From the NCBI GenBank assembly GCA_963704645.1, contig OY969926.1, positions 32,001-96,000 of the forward strand: DNA of 64,000 nucleotides. The letters are read 5' to 3'. The DNA comes from an uncultured bacterium (GTDB lineage: Bacteria > Patescibacteriota > JACMRA01). The notes beneath the pieces were generated by a model, which searched no databases, was not told where the DNA came from, and worked only from the letters and a program-made list of their open reading frames with translations. Position 1 is the first letter of the stretch, and each line of letters begins with the position of its first letter. Shown here one piece after another: positions 18,975 through 29,571 of this stretch. Position numbers and translations under genes: made by a program.

Positions 18975-20252
18975 TTACCTCCTCTTAACCTCAATTCCAT
19001 TTGCAGAGTTTTCAATACTTCTAGCTGTAATTACAACTTGATAAGGACAACCTATTAAATCTGCGTCTTTAAATTTTTCGCCTAAGCTTACACCCATTCT
19101 ATCGTCCCACAGAACTTGATCTTTTGGAACATATATTTTCTTACCTTCAAATTCAATTTCTGAGACTTCCCCAGCATAAATTTGGTTTGCAAGGTTTTGG
19201 ATTTTGGATTTCAAAATTTCGTCATCACTATCTCTGTAATTAGTAATAACATGAACTTTAAACGGAGCAACACTTTCTGGTAATTTCAAACCTTTTTCAT
19301 CGCTATAAATTTCAGCCAGAACACCTAAACATCTGCTTGTACCAATTCCGTGACAATTCATAACAGGAACTACCTTTTCATTATTTTTTCCAGTAACTTG
19401 CAAATCAAAGGCCTTACTGTATTTATCTCCTAATTTAAAAATGTTTCCTACCTCCGCTGATTTAGCTTTTAACAAATTTTGAGGAATATCTTGGCCATTT
19501 TTTTCTAATTCTTCTAATATTTCAGAATTAATAGCATACCCATCTTCACTGTATAAAATTTCGTCTTCCCCAGCTTCACACAAAACCTGAAATTCATGAC
19601 TATCGTTATCAGTAAACATTCCGCCACTGGCGTGCACTGCATAAGCTTTTAACCCCATTTCTTCATATATTTTAAAATAAGTTTCTTTTACCAATTCATA
19701 ATATTTGTTAGCGGACTCTTGGTTTAAATGAAAATCGTACATGTCTTTCATTCTAAATTCTCTTCCACGCATTACCCCAGATTTACTTCTTAATTCATCT
19801 CTAAATTTAGTTTGAATTTGATACACAGCGAGTGGGTATATTTCATTTTTTAAATCTAGCTCTGGCAATTCCTTATAACTATTTAAAAAACTTTGCATTA
19901 CAGGCGTAACCTGTTCTTCATGACTGCAGGCCAAAGCGTACATACTTCCAGTTTGGCTTTCTAAACGAAACAAAACGTCTACCTTTTCCTTGTCCCACCT
20001 ATCAGTTTTGTCCCACCAAATTTTAGGATGTAGACTATTCATCAAAATCTCCTGCCCGCCAATAGCATTCATATTTTTACGAACAATATTTTCTATATTA
20101 TTTAAAACCCTAAGACCTAAAGGAAGATAGCTATAAACACCTGCCATTGTTTTATTTAAAAAACCAGCCTTAATTAACAGCTGAGCATTTTTACTAGTTT
20201 CATCCGCAGGATAATCTTTGCTAGTTTTAGTAAAGTTTTTAGAAAGTTTCAT
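18975..20252 (-). CDS. proS: Proline--tRNA ligase (short form without INS editing domain)
   Basis: GVYSYLPLG, YQIQTKFRDE.R, REFRMKD, EVGNIFKLG and DADLIGCP. Confidence 0.93.
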   Translation of the reverse strand: MKLSKNFTKTSKDYPADETSKNAQLLIKAGFLNKTMAGVYSYLPLGLRVLNNIENIVRKNMNAIGGQEILMNSLHPKIWWDKTDRWDKEKVDVLFRLESQTGSMYALACSHEEQVTPVMQSFLNSYKELPELDLKNEIYPLAVYQIQTKFRDELRSKSGVMRGREFRMKDMYDFHLNQESANKYYELVKETYFKIYEEMGLKAYAVHASGGMFTDNDSHEFQVLCEAGEDEILYSEDGYAINSEILEELEKNGQDIPQNLLKAKSAEVGNIFKLGDKYSKAFDLQVTGKNNEKVVPVMNCHGIGTSRCLGVLAEIYSDEKGLKLPESVAPFKVHVITNYRDSDDEILKSKIQNLANQIYAGEVSEIEFEGKKIYVPKDQVLWDDRMGVSLGEKFKDADLIGCPYQVVITARSIENSANGIEVKRR

Positions 20253-20414
20253 AATTATTTTATATAATTAGAATTAAGTTTCTTTATTAATTAGTCAATA
20301 AATTAAGCCCTAGACAAACTTACATAAAAAATTCTTGAAAAGTTTATCTGAATTAAAAATCAGAAACAGAAGGTTTGGTTTCAACATCAAATTTTACTTA
20401 AGGGAGGAATTAGA

Positions 20415-20615
20415 ATGAATTTTACACCAACAATATACGTTTTTGAAGTTAAGATTCCTGGAATGTCTACCCTTCGCGTTGAGTTGCAAACAAGAAATTT
20501 TCCCCAGTCTGGAACTGGTAAAGGTTTTATTCCAAACGGTCTCTCACACGAATACATTGAGTTTGATTATTCAAAAGTAACCTCTGACAGATTAATTGAC
20601 CCAGGCCTTGTTTAA
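20415..20615 (+). CDS. Small hypothetical protein
   Basis: Strong SD (GGGAGG) and own terminator at 20630-20660. Confidence 0.55.
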   Translation: MNFTPTIYVFEVKIPGMSTLRVELQTRNFPQSGTGKGFIPNGLSHEYIEFDYSKVTSDRLIDPGLV

Positions 20616-20629
20616 TAAATATATCATCT

Positions 20630-20660
20630 AAGCTGTTCACCGTGAGCAGCTTTAATTTTT
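20630..20660 (+). terminator. Intrinsic terminator
   Basis: AAGCTGTTCA-CCG-TGAGCAGCTT hairpin plus T-rich tail. Confidence 0.75.
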
Positions 20661-20792
20661 GGGGAAATAACGGATTTCAAAAATGATCAGTAACTCATTT
20701 TAATTACAACAAGCATTTTAATAAAGCAAAGTCAGATTACTACGTAAGTATTTAAATATATTTGAAGATAGACACTTACATATAAATTTCTT

Positions 20793-20823
20793 AAAAAACA
20801 AAAATCTTCCCTTTAAGGAAAGA
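20793..20823 (-). terminator. Displaced original terminator of tRNA-Ala
   Basis: Minus strand TCTTTCC-TTAAA-GGGAAGA-TTTTTGTTTTTT, just beyond the duplicated tRNA 3' end. Confidence 0.7.
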
Positions 20824-20830
20824 CTGGTGA

Positions 20831-20846
20831 TATGGTGGACCTTAGC
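20831..20846 (+). repeat. att core, left junction (duplicate of the tRNA-Ala 3' end)
   Basis: TATGGTGGACCTTAGC, identical to 43165-43180. Confidence 0.92.
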
Positions 20847-20996
20847 CTTATAAATTCAAACCAAATCATGGATATTATATCAGACTGGGACGAACTGTTA
20901 AAACCACACAATTACCAGCATTTAATAGAAAAGCCTAGTTTATTAAGCACTGAAGAGGATAATGTAGCCAGTCAGTATCACCTTAATAGATTCTAA
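20832..20996 (+). other. Alternative recombinase C-terminus (joins in frame on the excised circle)
   Basis: MVDLS|LINSNQIMDIISDWDELLKPHNYQHLIEKPSLLSTEEDNVASQYHLNRF*; same frame across the core as the recombinase. Confidence 0.75.
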
Positions 20997-21353
20997 TAAG
21001 TTATTAATATATCTTATCATTTAATTAATTATAGATTTATAATCAATGATGATTCAATTTATTTTATAAAAATTATTAATATAAGTAGTGACTAGAATAA
21101 AGTAGTCTTATTATTGTGGGAGGTTTGTGTAGTTGATTTATTTTTAGTTTAATTTCATTTTATTAAGTTTAGGGTTTATAAAAGTGTCATAGTTTTAATT
21201 TTTTTCTAAATTTTCAGTATATTCGTGCAAACTGAGTAAAGCAAATTTCTGATGTTTTCAATTTCTTGATCAGATAAATTTGGGTCATTAAGAATCGCAC
21301 GACACTGGTCGATTGAAAGCATTAAATTAAAAGTTGTTATTTATAAGTATAAT

Positions 21354-22214
21354 CTATAAATGTTTGGGGTATACTATTTCATCAAATGGGTCATCTGGAT
21401 CAATATTTCGGAGTTTAACCTTTTTTAGCTCTTCAGAAAAATTCACATAATCATATGATGAATTAAAGTTTAGTTCATAATTGGTACTACGATGCTTATC
21501 AAAATAGATTTTATCAAAAGCAAGGTTATCTATCACCAATTCTTTTACTATATCACTAAAGTTTAGAACCATTGAGAACGAGGATTTCAGAATTAAATTA
21601 TTAAGCTCATCTTGTGATTTAAGAATAGTATTTACCGAATCAAAAGCATGCGATTTGAACGTTTCTTCTTTTAAATCAAATAATGATTTTACGCTGTATG
21701 GGTTTGGCTGTATTAATAAATGTAAGTCATCAATATCTTCCCTACCCAAATGAAGCAATATACTTAAAATATAAAAACTGATATTTGGATATTTTATTGA
21801 TTTTATAGTATAATAGCCTTCATTAACGCCAGCCAATTTTTCATCATTTCCTACATGAATCTCTTGAGCATAATAGAGTAATTTTAACTCTTTAATTTTA
21901 TTAAGTGGGTATTTTATGCTTCTAAGCTCTGATACAATTCTAACCCACACCAAATCAATTAAGCTAAATTTTCTCCATTGTTTTAATTCATGCCTCCTAT
22001 CTTCAATAATACCAAGCCTAGTCCAATCGTTAATTACTTTATATGTACTAGAAGTATTTTTAATGGAAAGGCCTTCCTCAGATATTAGATTAACCAACTT
22101 AATGCTTGATTCTCTTGCAAGTAGTAGCAAATAATTTCCAGATTCCACAGAACAAGTATAATCCTCCTTAAAGAGATCAAATTTTTTTGGGTTCGATATT
22201 AAAGGGTATTTCAT
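21354..22214 (-). CDS. MerR-like winged-HTH domain protein
   Basis: TYKVINDWTRLGII...WRKFSLIDLVWVRIVSELR. Confidence 0.7.
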   Translation of the reverse strand: MKYPLISNPKKFDLFKEDYTCSVESGNYLLLLARESSIKLVNLISEEGLSIKNTSSTYKVINDWTRLGIIEDRRHELKQWRKFSLIDLVWVRIVSELRSIKYPLNKIKELKLLYYAQEIHVGNDEKLAGVNEGYYTIKSIKYPNISFYILSILLHLGREDIDDLHLLIQPNPYSVKSLFDLKEETFKSHAFDSVNTILKSQDELNNLILKSSFSMVLNFSDIVKELVIDNLAFDKIYFDKHRSTNYELNFNSSYDYVNFSEELKKVKLRNIDPDDPFDEIVYPKHL

Positions 22215-22406
22215 AAACTATACTTATTAGTATAAAATATTATTTTAATAAATTGGTCAAATAAAAAATCTATCATTGTTCATATTATATGTGTTAGGTA
22301 TTTTAATTTTAACTACAAGCTCTAAAAAATATCAAAACAATTGCACCTTCTAGGATGGTTAGTTAGAGGATATAATTCAATATAATTTTAAAATCTAAGT
22401 TAAGAG

Positions 22407-23363
22407 TTAAACATCTTTATTCTTATAATTTCTATCGATTAAAATATCAGATAGATAACACACAATAAGTCTTGGTAGTTGTGTCAGGAATAGCTTCGAA
22501 GTACTAGCTCTGTTTTCAAAGGTATTCATTAGCATGGATTGTTCAAAATATAATAACTCTAAAAGTGCTCTAATATGGTATTTAAAAGTTTGATTTAAAT
22601 CTTTATTATTTGTAATACCAATTTTAAAGCCCAATTTACCTTCCTCATCTTTTGATGAATGGTATTCCATTATAGATTTTCCGTCCGAAAAATGAGTAAA
22701 GTTGTTACATAAATTATATAAATTTTTTCTAAATTTCTCGGTTTCCATTAAAAACTGATATACAAATTTACCGCTTCTTCCATAAATTCTACCAGACTTA
22801 TTTTCTTCGTCAATAATTTTTTTAAGATTACTTTCTATTCTATTTTTAACTTTTTCAGGCTTTGTATATTTATGATATAATTGTGTACCTTCTAATTTAT
22901 CGGGGTTAAATGCATAAATTAATGCAAATTCATAATCATTCATGAACAAATAAAATATACTTCTTTTCTCAATAAAGCTTCTGTATAGAACTAAGAATTG
23001 ATTTTCTAAACCCTGAACAAACAAATTTCTCAATGTTATTATATCATAAATTAAGAACTCAACTAATTTAATTACTACCATTCCAAATGGTTTTTCTAAA
23101 TCATGTCGATAGATTATCAATTTATTATTATTTAAATCTGAAACCAGTATTTGATGGAGATTAAGAATTGTCATTATTACTAAATCAAACTCATACACAT
23201 ATATTTCATCTTCTTTAGAAGCAGAGTTATATGAAAAGAAAGACATATCATAAGCGGATCTCATATACTCAATGCTATCAATCACTTGTGTGGGATCTAG
23301 CCCTTCAAGCTTATTTGCATTTATTATATGTTCTAAATTTTTATAGAATACATTAACTGACAT
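22407..23363 (-). CDS. Hypothetical protein, DUF5677-like
   Basis: Helical; R-x-x-x-E (LYRSFIE) and Y..C...H (LYNLCNNFTH) pattern. Confidence 0.5.
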   Translation of the reverse strand: MSVNVFYKNLEHIINANKLEGLDPTQVIDSIEYMRSAYDMSFFSYNSASKEDEIYVYEFDLVIMTILNLHQILVSDLNNNKLIIYRHDLEKPFGMVVIKLVEFLIYDIITLRNLFVQGLENQFLVLYRSFIEKRSIFYLFMNDYEFALIYAFNPDKLEGTQLYHKYTKPEKVKNRIESNLKKIIDEENKSGRIYGRSGKFVYQFLMETEKFRKNLYNLCNNFTHFSDGKSIMEYHSSKDEEGKLGFKIGITNNKDLNQTFKYHIRALLELLYFEQSMLMNTFENRASTSKLFLTQLPRLIVCYLSDILIDRNYKNKDV

Positions 23364-23460
23364 ATTATTTTAAATAAATTTTACTGCGATACTACTTAAA
23401 TTTTTTTCTAAACCATACATTATTATTGGGTTTTTTGTTACTGTTAGCGTGCTTATTGAA

Positions 23461-25611
23461 TTAAAATATTAATTTCATTTTCATAGTAAATTCCTTGTAA
23501 CCTTCAATATCAAAAGATAGAAGCTGGTAAAGTTCTAGTTGTAAATTAATGGGCAAATATTTGGTATATTTGGTCAGATTATTTTTGGTGGTTTCTGATT
23601 CTAAAGTTTGTGTAACTATTTCATCAAAATTTATTTCAGTATTTTCAAAATTTTGCCAAAAGTTAAGGCTAGTTTGTCTGTTGGTCGTAAGTGTCAAAGA
23701 TACTGGAGTGCTTGGACTTGCAAGCTTAGCTTGACCTATAAATTCAGTAACTATTTGAACCGTTTGCTGGGTTTTACTCCCAGTAAATAAAAATAAATCT
23801 ACAGTTTTTGGTTTTTCAATAATAGGCCTTTGATTCTCAATATTTAAACTTCGAAATTGATAAAATTGATTTCTTAAATCTTGGAGTTCTACTTTACATT
23901 GGTCGTCTAAATAATAAAAGCTTTGTTGATTCAAAACTATTTCCAACATTTTTTCTCTAATTCTTTTGTGAATTTCTCTACCACCATTATCTAAAAATAT
24001 TGGGGGCTTGCCATCTCTTGCTTTTTCTACCAAAAACTTGCTTTTTTGCTCATCTAAATCAATAATTTTCCAAATTCTAGCTGATAAAAAAATATTTTCT
24101 CCGATAAAATCTCTAGCCCTTCCAAAAGCTGGTGGGTCTAGCTCACCAATAATATTGCCATTGTTAATAACCTGAAAACCTTTTTTAGCTTCAAATACAG
24201 CATAAAAATCTTTGCTAGTAACAAGGTATTGCGACTGAATACCTAAAATCAATTCTTTTCTTAAGTCTTCGATTAGTTCTAGTTTTATTAAGTGATCAAT
24301 AATTTTTTGAATTTCAGCTATGGTAATTTCTCTAAAAGCCCAGTTCAATGATAACTTATAAGTTAACTCATCTCTTTTAATTCCACTTGTTTGCTTGAGA
24401 ATGCTAAGTATTTGTTGGACTAAAATATCATATCTTTTCATTTCTTGATTTGGTTCTAAATAACCTTCTTGTAAAAGCTCATAACAGGCAATGTTCTCCA
24501 GTAATTGCCACTGATCTAAATTATAAACTGTAAGCTTACTTTTTTGCGTTTTACGGCCACTTCGACCCAACCTTTGGGATAGTGAACTTACTGAGAAAAT
24601 ACTGCCAACCTGAATCACTTTATCGATTGAACCGATGTCTATACCGAGCTCTAAAGTAGATGTACAAACAATAGAAAAATCTACTTTTTGATTCGTTTTG
24701 GCAAAGTTTTCTGTCCACTCTCGCATTTCTTTGTCTATAGATGAGTGGTGAGCAAAATATTGATGATAGCTTTTTTCTTTGCTTACTTTTTGTTTCAGCT
24801 TCACAGCAATTTCTTCCACTCTACTTCTGGAGTTTGGAAAAATTAATGTTTTGGAATTTAGATTTTCATTATACAAATCATCTATAATTAGTTGGCTTAG
24901 CTCTGCTGTTTCTTGCTTAAAAAATTTGAACTTTACTTCGATTTCATTTCTTTTTGAATCCTTTAAGACTTTAGTTTTTTCAGGATATCCAAAAAACTTT
25001 TTGGCTAAATTATAATCTCCTAGAGTGGCTGAAAGTCCAACAAAACGAATAGGTTTAGTATTTAATTCTTGCAAACGGTAAAGAAGGGATTGTAAGTGTA
25101 CACCTCTATCTGTTCCTAAAAAACTGTGAATTTCATCGATGACTACAAAATCTACTTCTGAAAAGACTTTTTTAATGTCTTGAGGTTTATTACAAAACAT
25201 AGCTTCGATAGATTCTGGAGTAATTAAAACAATACCTTCGGGGGATTTGATCAACTTTTTTTTCTCACTCTGACTAGCCTCGCCATGCCACTTAGTTACT
25301 TTTATATCCAAATATTTACATAATTCTTCCACTCTTTTAAATTGATCATTTATTAAAGCAATTAGAGGAGAAATATATAAAATTTTAACTCCTACACCGT
25401 GTTTGCAGCCATCTGGATAACAAAGTGATAAGATAGGTAGGAAAGCTGCTTCAGTCTTACCACTTGCCGTAGCCGCAGAAAGTATATAATTATCATGAGA
25501 TTGGATGATATGTTTTATACTAGCTTCTTGAATTGAACGTAATTCGCCCCAACCTGCATCCCAGATGTATTTTTGAATTGGAGCAGAGAGGAGGTTGAAG
25601 GATGTGGGCAT
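23461..25611 (-). CDS. DEAD/DEAH (Lhr-like) helicase, Shango SngC-like
   Basis: TASGKTEAA, DEIH, SAT, TSTLELGIDIG and QRLGRSGR. Confidence 0.88.
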   Translation of the reverse strand: MPTSFNLLSAPIQKYIWDAGWGELRSIQEASIKHIIQSHDNYILSAATASGKTEAAFLPILSLCYPDGCKHGVGVKILYISPLIALINDQFKRVEELCKYLDIKVTKWHGEASQSEKKKLIKSPEGIVLITPESIEAMFCNKPQDIKKVFSEVDFVVIDEIHSFLGTDRGVHLQSLLYRLQELNTKPIRFVGLSATLGDYNLAKKFFGYPEKTKVLKDSKRNEIEVKFKFFKQETAELSQLIIDDLYNENLNSKTLIFPNSRSRVEEIAVKLKQKVSKEKSYHQYFAHHSSIDKEMREWTENFAKTNQKVDFSIVCTSTLELGIDIGSIDKVIQVGSIFSVSSLSQRLGRSGRKTQKSKLTVYNLDQWQLLENIACYELLQEGYLEPNQEMKRYDILVQQILSILKQTSGIKRDELTYKLSLNWAFREITIAEIQKIIDHLIKLELIEDLRKELILGIQSQYLVTSKDFYAVFEAKKGFQVINNGNIIGELDPPAFGRARDFIGENIFLSARIWKIIDLDEQKSKFLVEKARDGKPPIFLDNGGREIHKRIREKMLEIVLNQQSFYYLDDQCKVELQDLRNQFYQFRSLNIENQRPIIEKPKTVDLFLFTGSKTQQTVQIVTEFIGQAKLASPSTPVSLTLTTNRQTSLNFWQNFENTEINFDEIVTQTLESETTKNNLTKYTKYLPINLQLELYQLLSFDIEGYKEFTMKMKLIF

Positions 25612-25659
25612 TACATTTTAAGTCTTATTGAAAGTTCTACTTACGTTATTTATTATTGG

Positions 25660-26970
25660 TTAAATCAGTTCAATTTCATCGTTCTTTTCAATCTCACTTT
25701 GACTATTTCCACCATCTGTAGATTTTATAACATGAGTTTTATCAATCTGCGGGTTTTGCCTAAGAATACTTAAGATTTTAAGAAAGTCACGGATAACATC
25801 GCGAGGAGTCAAAAACTCTTTAGCACCTGGTCGGTTATAAACCTCTTCCATAAAATGTTTGATATCAGATTCATTAAAATCAATGTTAGTATTATAATGA
25901 AGGTCAAAAATTTCCTTCAGATTTTTGAGTAATACAAAAATTTCCTCATTAGATAGTGGATAAAGCTTGATTACAGGTTGAGAATAATCTCTAACCTCCA
26001 AAGTTTCAAATTGATTGCTTGCAAGTCTAGATTTCAAAGCGTCATAGCTAAATAAACCTCGTCTAGTATCTTCTAAAAATTCTTTTGTCCCACCAAAGTT
26101 TATCATTAAATTAGACACCCTGCCTTGCATGCAGTCATTGTATATATTTAGTATTTTCTCGTAGTTTTTATCTCTTGTTGCTGGATGTATTATTTTGTAA
26201 AGATTGATGGCTTCATCTAAGTTTATTACTAAGCCTGAATAGCCAATTTGAACCAAAAACTTTGTCCAATTTCTTAAAATTTGATAATAATTCTCATCAT
26301 CAATAATTTCTCGTACCCCTAAATCTTGTCTAGCTTCTGTTCTGGTTGTATATTCTCCTCTTAGCCATTTCAAAGACATCCGCATAAGTTCAATATTTCC
26401 AGTTACAAACCCTTCATAATATTTAGCGACTACTTCTCCAAATTCAAAAGATCCAACATCTGTAATTTGTTTTATAGTTTCAAGAATGTTGCGCTTAACA
26501 AGCGGCAAATTTTCTATATTTCTTAAATCGTACAGTTTGATATTATTTTCTACAGCTGTTTTTTCCATAACCTCAGTAATCCAAGTTTCTAGAATTGTAC
26601 CTAAAGCATTTCCCTCAGGATTGGTTTGAATAGAGAAAGAATCTATCAAATCAGAATAAACCCTAACTGCTTTACGGCTATTGTCATATAGTCTTTTTTC
26701 AGGTGAAAAATCAGTTGATGCTACTACGAAGTTCTTTTTGAGGGCAATTTGTTTAATTAAAGCCATCATGAAGCTTTTTCCGCTTCCAAAATCTCCAATC
26801 CAAAATTTAGTGCTACTGGAACCTTTTTCCACTTCCAAAATTGTTTCTAACACACTATTGCTTTCGTTACTTCTCCCAACTAAAATGTGCTGTAAACCTA
26901 TAGGTGGGACTACCCCACCTTGTAGTGAGTTAATAATTGCAGTGGCTTCTTTTGGTTTGATATTGGTCAT
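25660..26970 (-). CDS. P-loop ATPase (DUF2791/BrxD-like), Shango SngB-like
   Basis: SLQGGVVP.IGLQHI.VGR, GDFGSGKSF, GLVINLDE and GLFSYDALKSRL. Confidence 0.88.
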   Translation of the reverse strand: MTNIKPKEATAIINSLQGGVVPPIGLQHILVGRSNESNSVLETILEVEKGSSSTKFWIGDFGSGKSFMMALIKQIALKKNFVVASTDFSPEKRLYDNSRKAVRVYSDLIDSFSIQTNPEGNALGTILETWITEVMEKTAVENNIKLYDLRNIENLPLVKRNILETIKQITDVGSFEFGEVVAKYYEGFVTGNIELMRMSLKWLRGEYTTRTEARQDLGVREIIDDENYYQILRNWTKFLVQIGYSGLVINLDEAINLYKIIHPATRDKNYEKILNIYNDCMQGRVSNLMINFGGTKEFLEDTRRGLFSYDALKSRLASNQFETLEVRDYSQPVIKLYPLSNEEIFVLLKNLKEIFDLHYNTNIDFNESDIKHFMEEVYNRPGAKEFLTPRDVIRDFLKILSILRQNPQIDKTHVIKSTDGGNSQSEIEKNDEIELI

Positions 26971-26986
26971 AAATTGATGAATGTTT

Positions 26987-29299
26987 CTAAATTAAGTTTA
27001 GATTGTAACTTGATATAAAATAAATCTGGTCATTTTGTTCAACTAAATTATCTTCATGGGTTTCATAAAACTTTTGGTTGATTTTTTGAATCAGATTATT
27101 CTTAAATTGTTTTTTAGCATTTGCAAAATCCGAGACTTGTGAATCGCTTAGCTGAAAATTGTTATTTCTAAATAAAGTTAAAAATTCAGTCTCAATATCA
27201 GTAAAATCTAATTTTGAATTTGAACCCCCAGCAAAAAAGTCTATAAGATTGCTGGTTGAATTTGAATTTTTACCTAGATTGATTTCTAAATCCTCTTCCT
27301 GTAAAAGCTGATTTAACTTAGTTGTCATTTCCAAATGAGTTTCATGAGCCTTTTGTGTTTCAGATGAATCTAATTTTAATTCTTTTCGTATTATTTTAAA
27401 AAGGTTTATTATGCTATCTCTTTTTTCATCATCGCTATGATTTAATGGATTTATGGTTTTGCAGATTATTTCGAATTGTTTTAATTTTTCTTCATCATCT
27501 TTAAAAATAGTTTGTATAACACTCAATGGTAACGTCTTAGGTTCTGGTAGATTAAAGTTTGATGAGCTTTTGAAAGTCAGTATCGCGTAATATTTATAAT
27601 AATACCATAGGCTATCAGCCTTACTTTTTGTTGAGAATTCTTTACATAGTTCTAAATAAATTAAGTAAAGACTAGGATTTTTAGAGTTTAGCTCCAAAAG
27701 TTCATCACATTTTGTTTTTAATTCAATAGATTCTAAATTGCTATCTAGTAAACTTTCTAGTTCATTTTTCCACTTTGTTTTATTTTTAATATTAAGGGCA
27801 ATTTGTGTTTCTTTAGAAGGGGTTGTTGGTTCATATCTAGAAATAAGCTCTTCAAACCCTTGCCTAATTTCCTTTCCAAGTTTTTCGGTTAAATAGACTT
27901 TTTTATATGCTACATCCTCCAGTCTAGAATGTTTATACACTTCTTTTATTTGATTCTGGCAAGTACTAAAGAGTGCCTGAAGAATTTTTGACATTGGTGA
28001 ATCATAATTTGTCTGATTATAACTGCCAGATTTATTCTTTTTTTGAGCCAAATTAAAAGTGTTTAAAACTGACTTTCTACCATATTCATTACACATATCT
28101 AAAATATAGGTTATACTTTTTAAATACAATTTAATTGTCTCATCCAAGCACTGGTCAATTTCAGTAAATATATTGTTATGAAAAGGAATTGCTTCAAGAT
28201 AAAACTTTTGTTCATTACTAAGCTCTAATCTTTTAAAAGCCAAGCCAAGAGTTTGATAAGTATTTAAATTTGAGTAAATTTGAGATTTAATATTTTCTGG
28301 CACTTCTGGCAATTTTGATAATCTAATTTTTAAATATTGCTTTAAATAATTAACAATAACTGAATCTACTTGATCTTTAAGAAGTGAAAATGAGTAGTTG
28401 CTATTATGATAGCTTCTTCCATAATAAAATTCTTCCACGCATACTTCACTCACAAAATACAGACTATAAAAAGTATTATCATAACTCATATAGCCGTAAC
28501 TCATTTTTTTTGATAGCTTTTCTAAAGTACTATTTTTTTGTGCAAGATAAATATCGGCTTGCTGACATAAATCTAAATAAAGTTTAATAGTTTGAAACTC
28601 TAAAAATTCTTTATCTTCAAATTGCCTTGAATACGATAAATCCAAGCTGTTTAAATAAAATATTTGATCTGAACTTAAATCTTTTAGTAATCTGATAGAC
28701 TTAAATTGAGTGTTAGTGATTTTAGCATTAAGTTTCGGACTTGCGTATTTTAATTCAAAAGATTGAGGATTTTTAGGTATTGGCGATGGTTTAAAATCGT
28801 CAACTTCAATAATTCCGTTGGTTATTTTTTGTTCTTTTAAAGGAATATTCGCTTGATACGATGACTTATTCTTATTAGAAAAGTACTCACTATCACCTTC
28901 AGTTATATTTTGCAAAAGGTAAGCTTTAGAGTGCACAATTAAAGTATAAAAAATTATTAGTAATGATAAAGAATACAAAGAAGAAAATATTACATAAATA
29001 CCCATTGGAATATTTAAGATAAGAGCTATATTGAAAATAAAGCTGCTGACCCCCAATATTAAGATGAATAAAAGTTTCTTACCACCCCTATCTTTAAGCT
29101 TATAAACAAATAACCCCACCATAGCTATAAAAGTTGAGAGTACCAATGGTAATAAAATCCCTAGCAATAACAAAGGTATAAATAGTAATACTGAAATTGT
29201 TACTAACAAAATCCACCTCCAACTAAAAAATAATGAATTTCTCCAGGTTTTATTTTCTAATAAATCTTTATTCAAAAACTGTATTATTTTACTTAGCAT
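26987..29299 (-). CDS. Membrane-anchored TerB-C domain protein, Shango SngA-like
   Basis: N-terminal TM helices; C-terminal LKLD...HLE...LNQLL and LIQKINQKFYETHEDNLVE (TerB-C); heads the ATPase-helicase operon. Confidence 0.78.
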   Translation of the reverse strand: MLSKIIQFLNKDLLENKTWRNSLFFSWRWILLVTISVLLFIPLLLLGILLPLVLSTFIAMVGLFVYKLKDRGGKKLLFILILGVSSFIFNIALILNIPMGIYVIFSSLYSLSLLIIFYTLIVHSKAYLLQNITEGDSEYFSNKNKSSYQANIPLKEQKITNGIIEVDDFKPSPIPKNPQSFELKYASPKLNAKITNTQFKSIRLLKDLSSDQIFYLNSLDLSYSRQFEDKEFLEFQTIKLYLDLCQQADIYLAQKNSTLEKLSKKMSYGYMSYDNTFYSLYFVSEVCVEEFYYGRSYHNSNYSFSLLKDQVDSVIVNYLKQYLKIRLSKLPEVPENIKSQIYSNLNTYQTLGLAFKRLELSNEQKFYLEAIPFHNNIFTEIDQCLDETIKLYLKSITYILDMCNEYGRKSVLNTFNLAQKKNKSGSYNQTNYDSPMSKILQALFSTCQNQIKEVYKHSRLEDVAYKKVYLTEKLGKEIRQGFEELISRYEPTTPSKETQIALNIKNKTKWKNELESLLDSNLESIELKTKCDELLELNSKNPSLYLIYLELCKEFSTKSKADSLWYYYKYYAILTFKSSSNFNLPEPKTLPLSVIQTIFKDDEEKLKQFEIICKTINPLNHSDDEKRDSIINLFKIIRKELKLDSSETQKAHETHLEMTTKLNQLLQEEDLEINLGKNSNSTSNLIDFFAGGSNSKLDFTDIETEFLTLFRNNNFQLSDSQVSDFANAKKQFKNNLIQKINQKFYETHEDNLVEQNDQIYFISSYNLNLI

Positions 29300-29310
29300 A
29301 GGGTATAAAT

Positions 29311-29571
29311 TTACTTATTTTCCAGGCTTACAATACTCTCAACCTCCTCTTTGGAAGGAAGACAGTTGGTAAACTCTGACGACATTTCAGAAAGCCTGTA
29401 TTCAGCAAAAGCCATTAGCTTATCTTTACCACCTATAGCATAATCTACTACCAGATAATTTTTATCTTTGCAGATTAAAAGCCCAATAGTTTCTTGATCT
29501 GTGTCGCTGTTAATTAAAGACATAATACGTTTACTTATTTTTATATTATCCTGTAGCTTTTTATTGAACAT
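29311..29571 (-). pseudogene. YhcG/DUF1016 PD-(D/E)XK nuclease, C-terminal fragment
   Basis: TIGLLICKDKNYLVVDYA...AEYRL...LPSKEE; only 86 aa. Confidence 0.7.
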
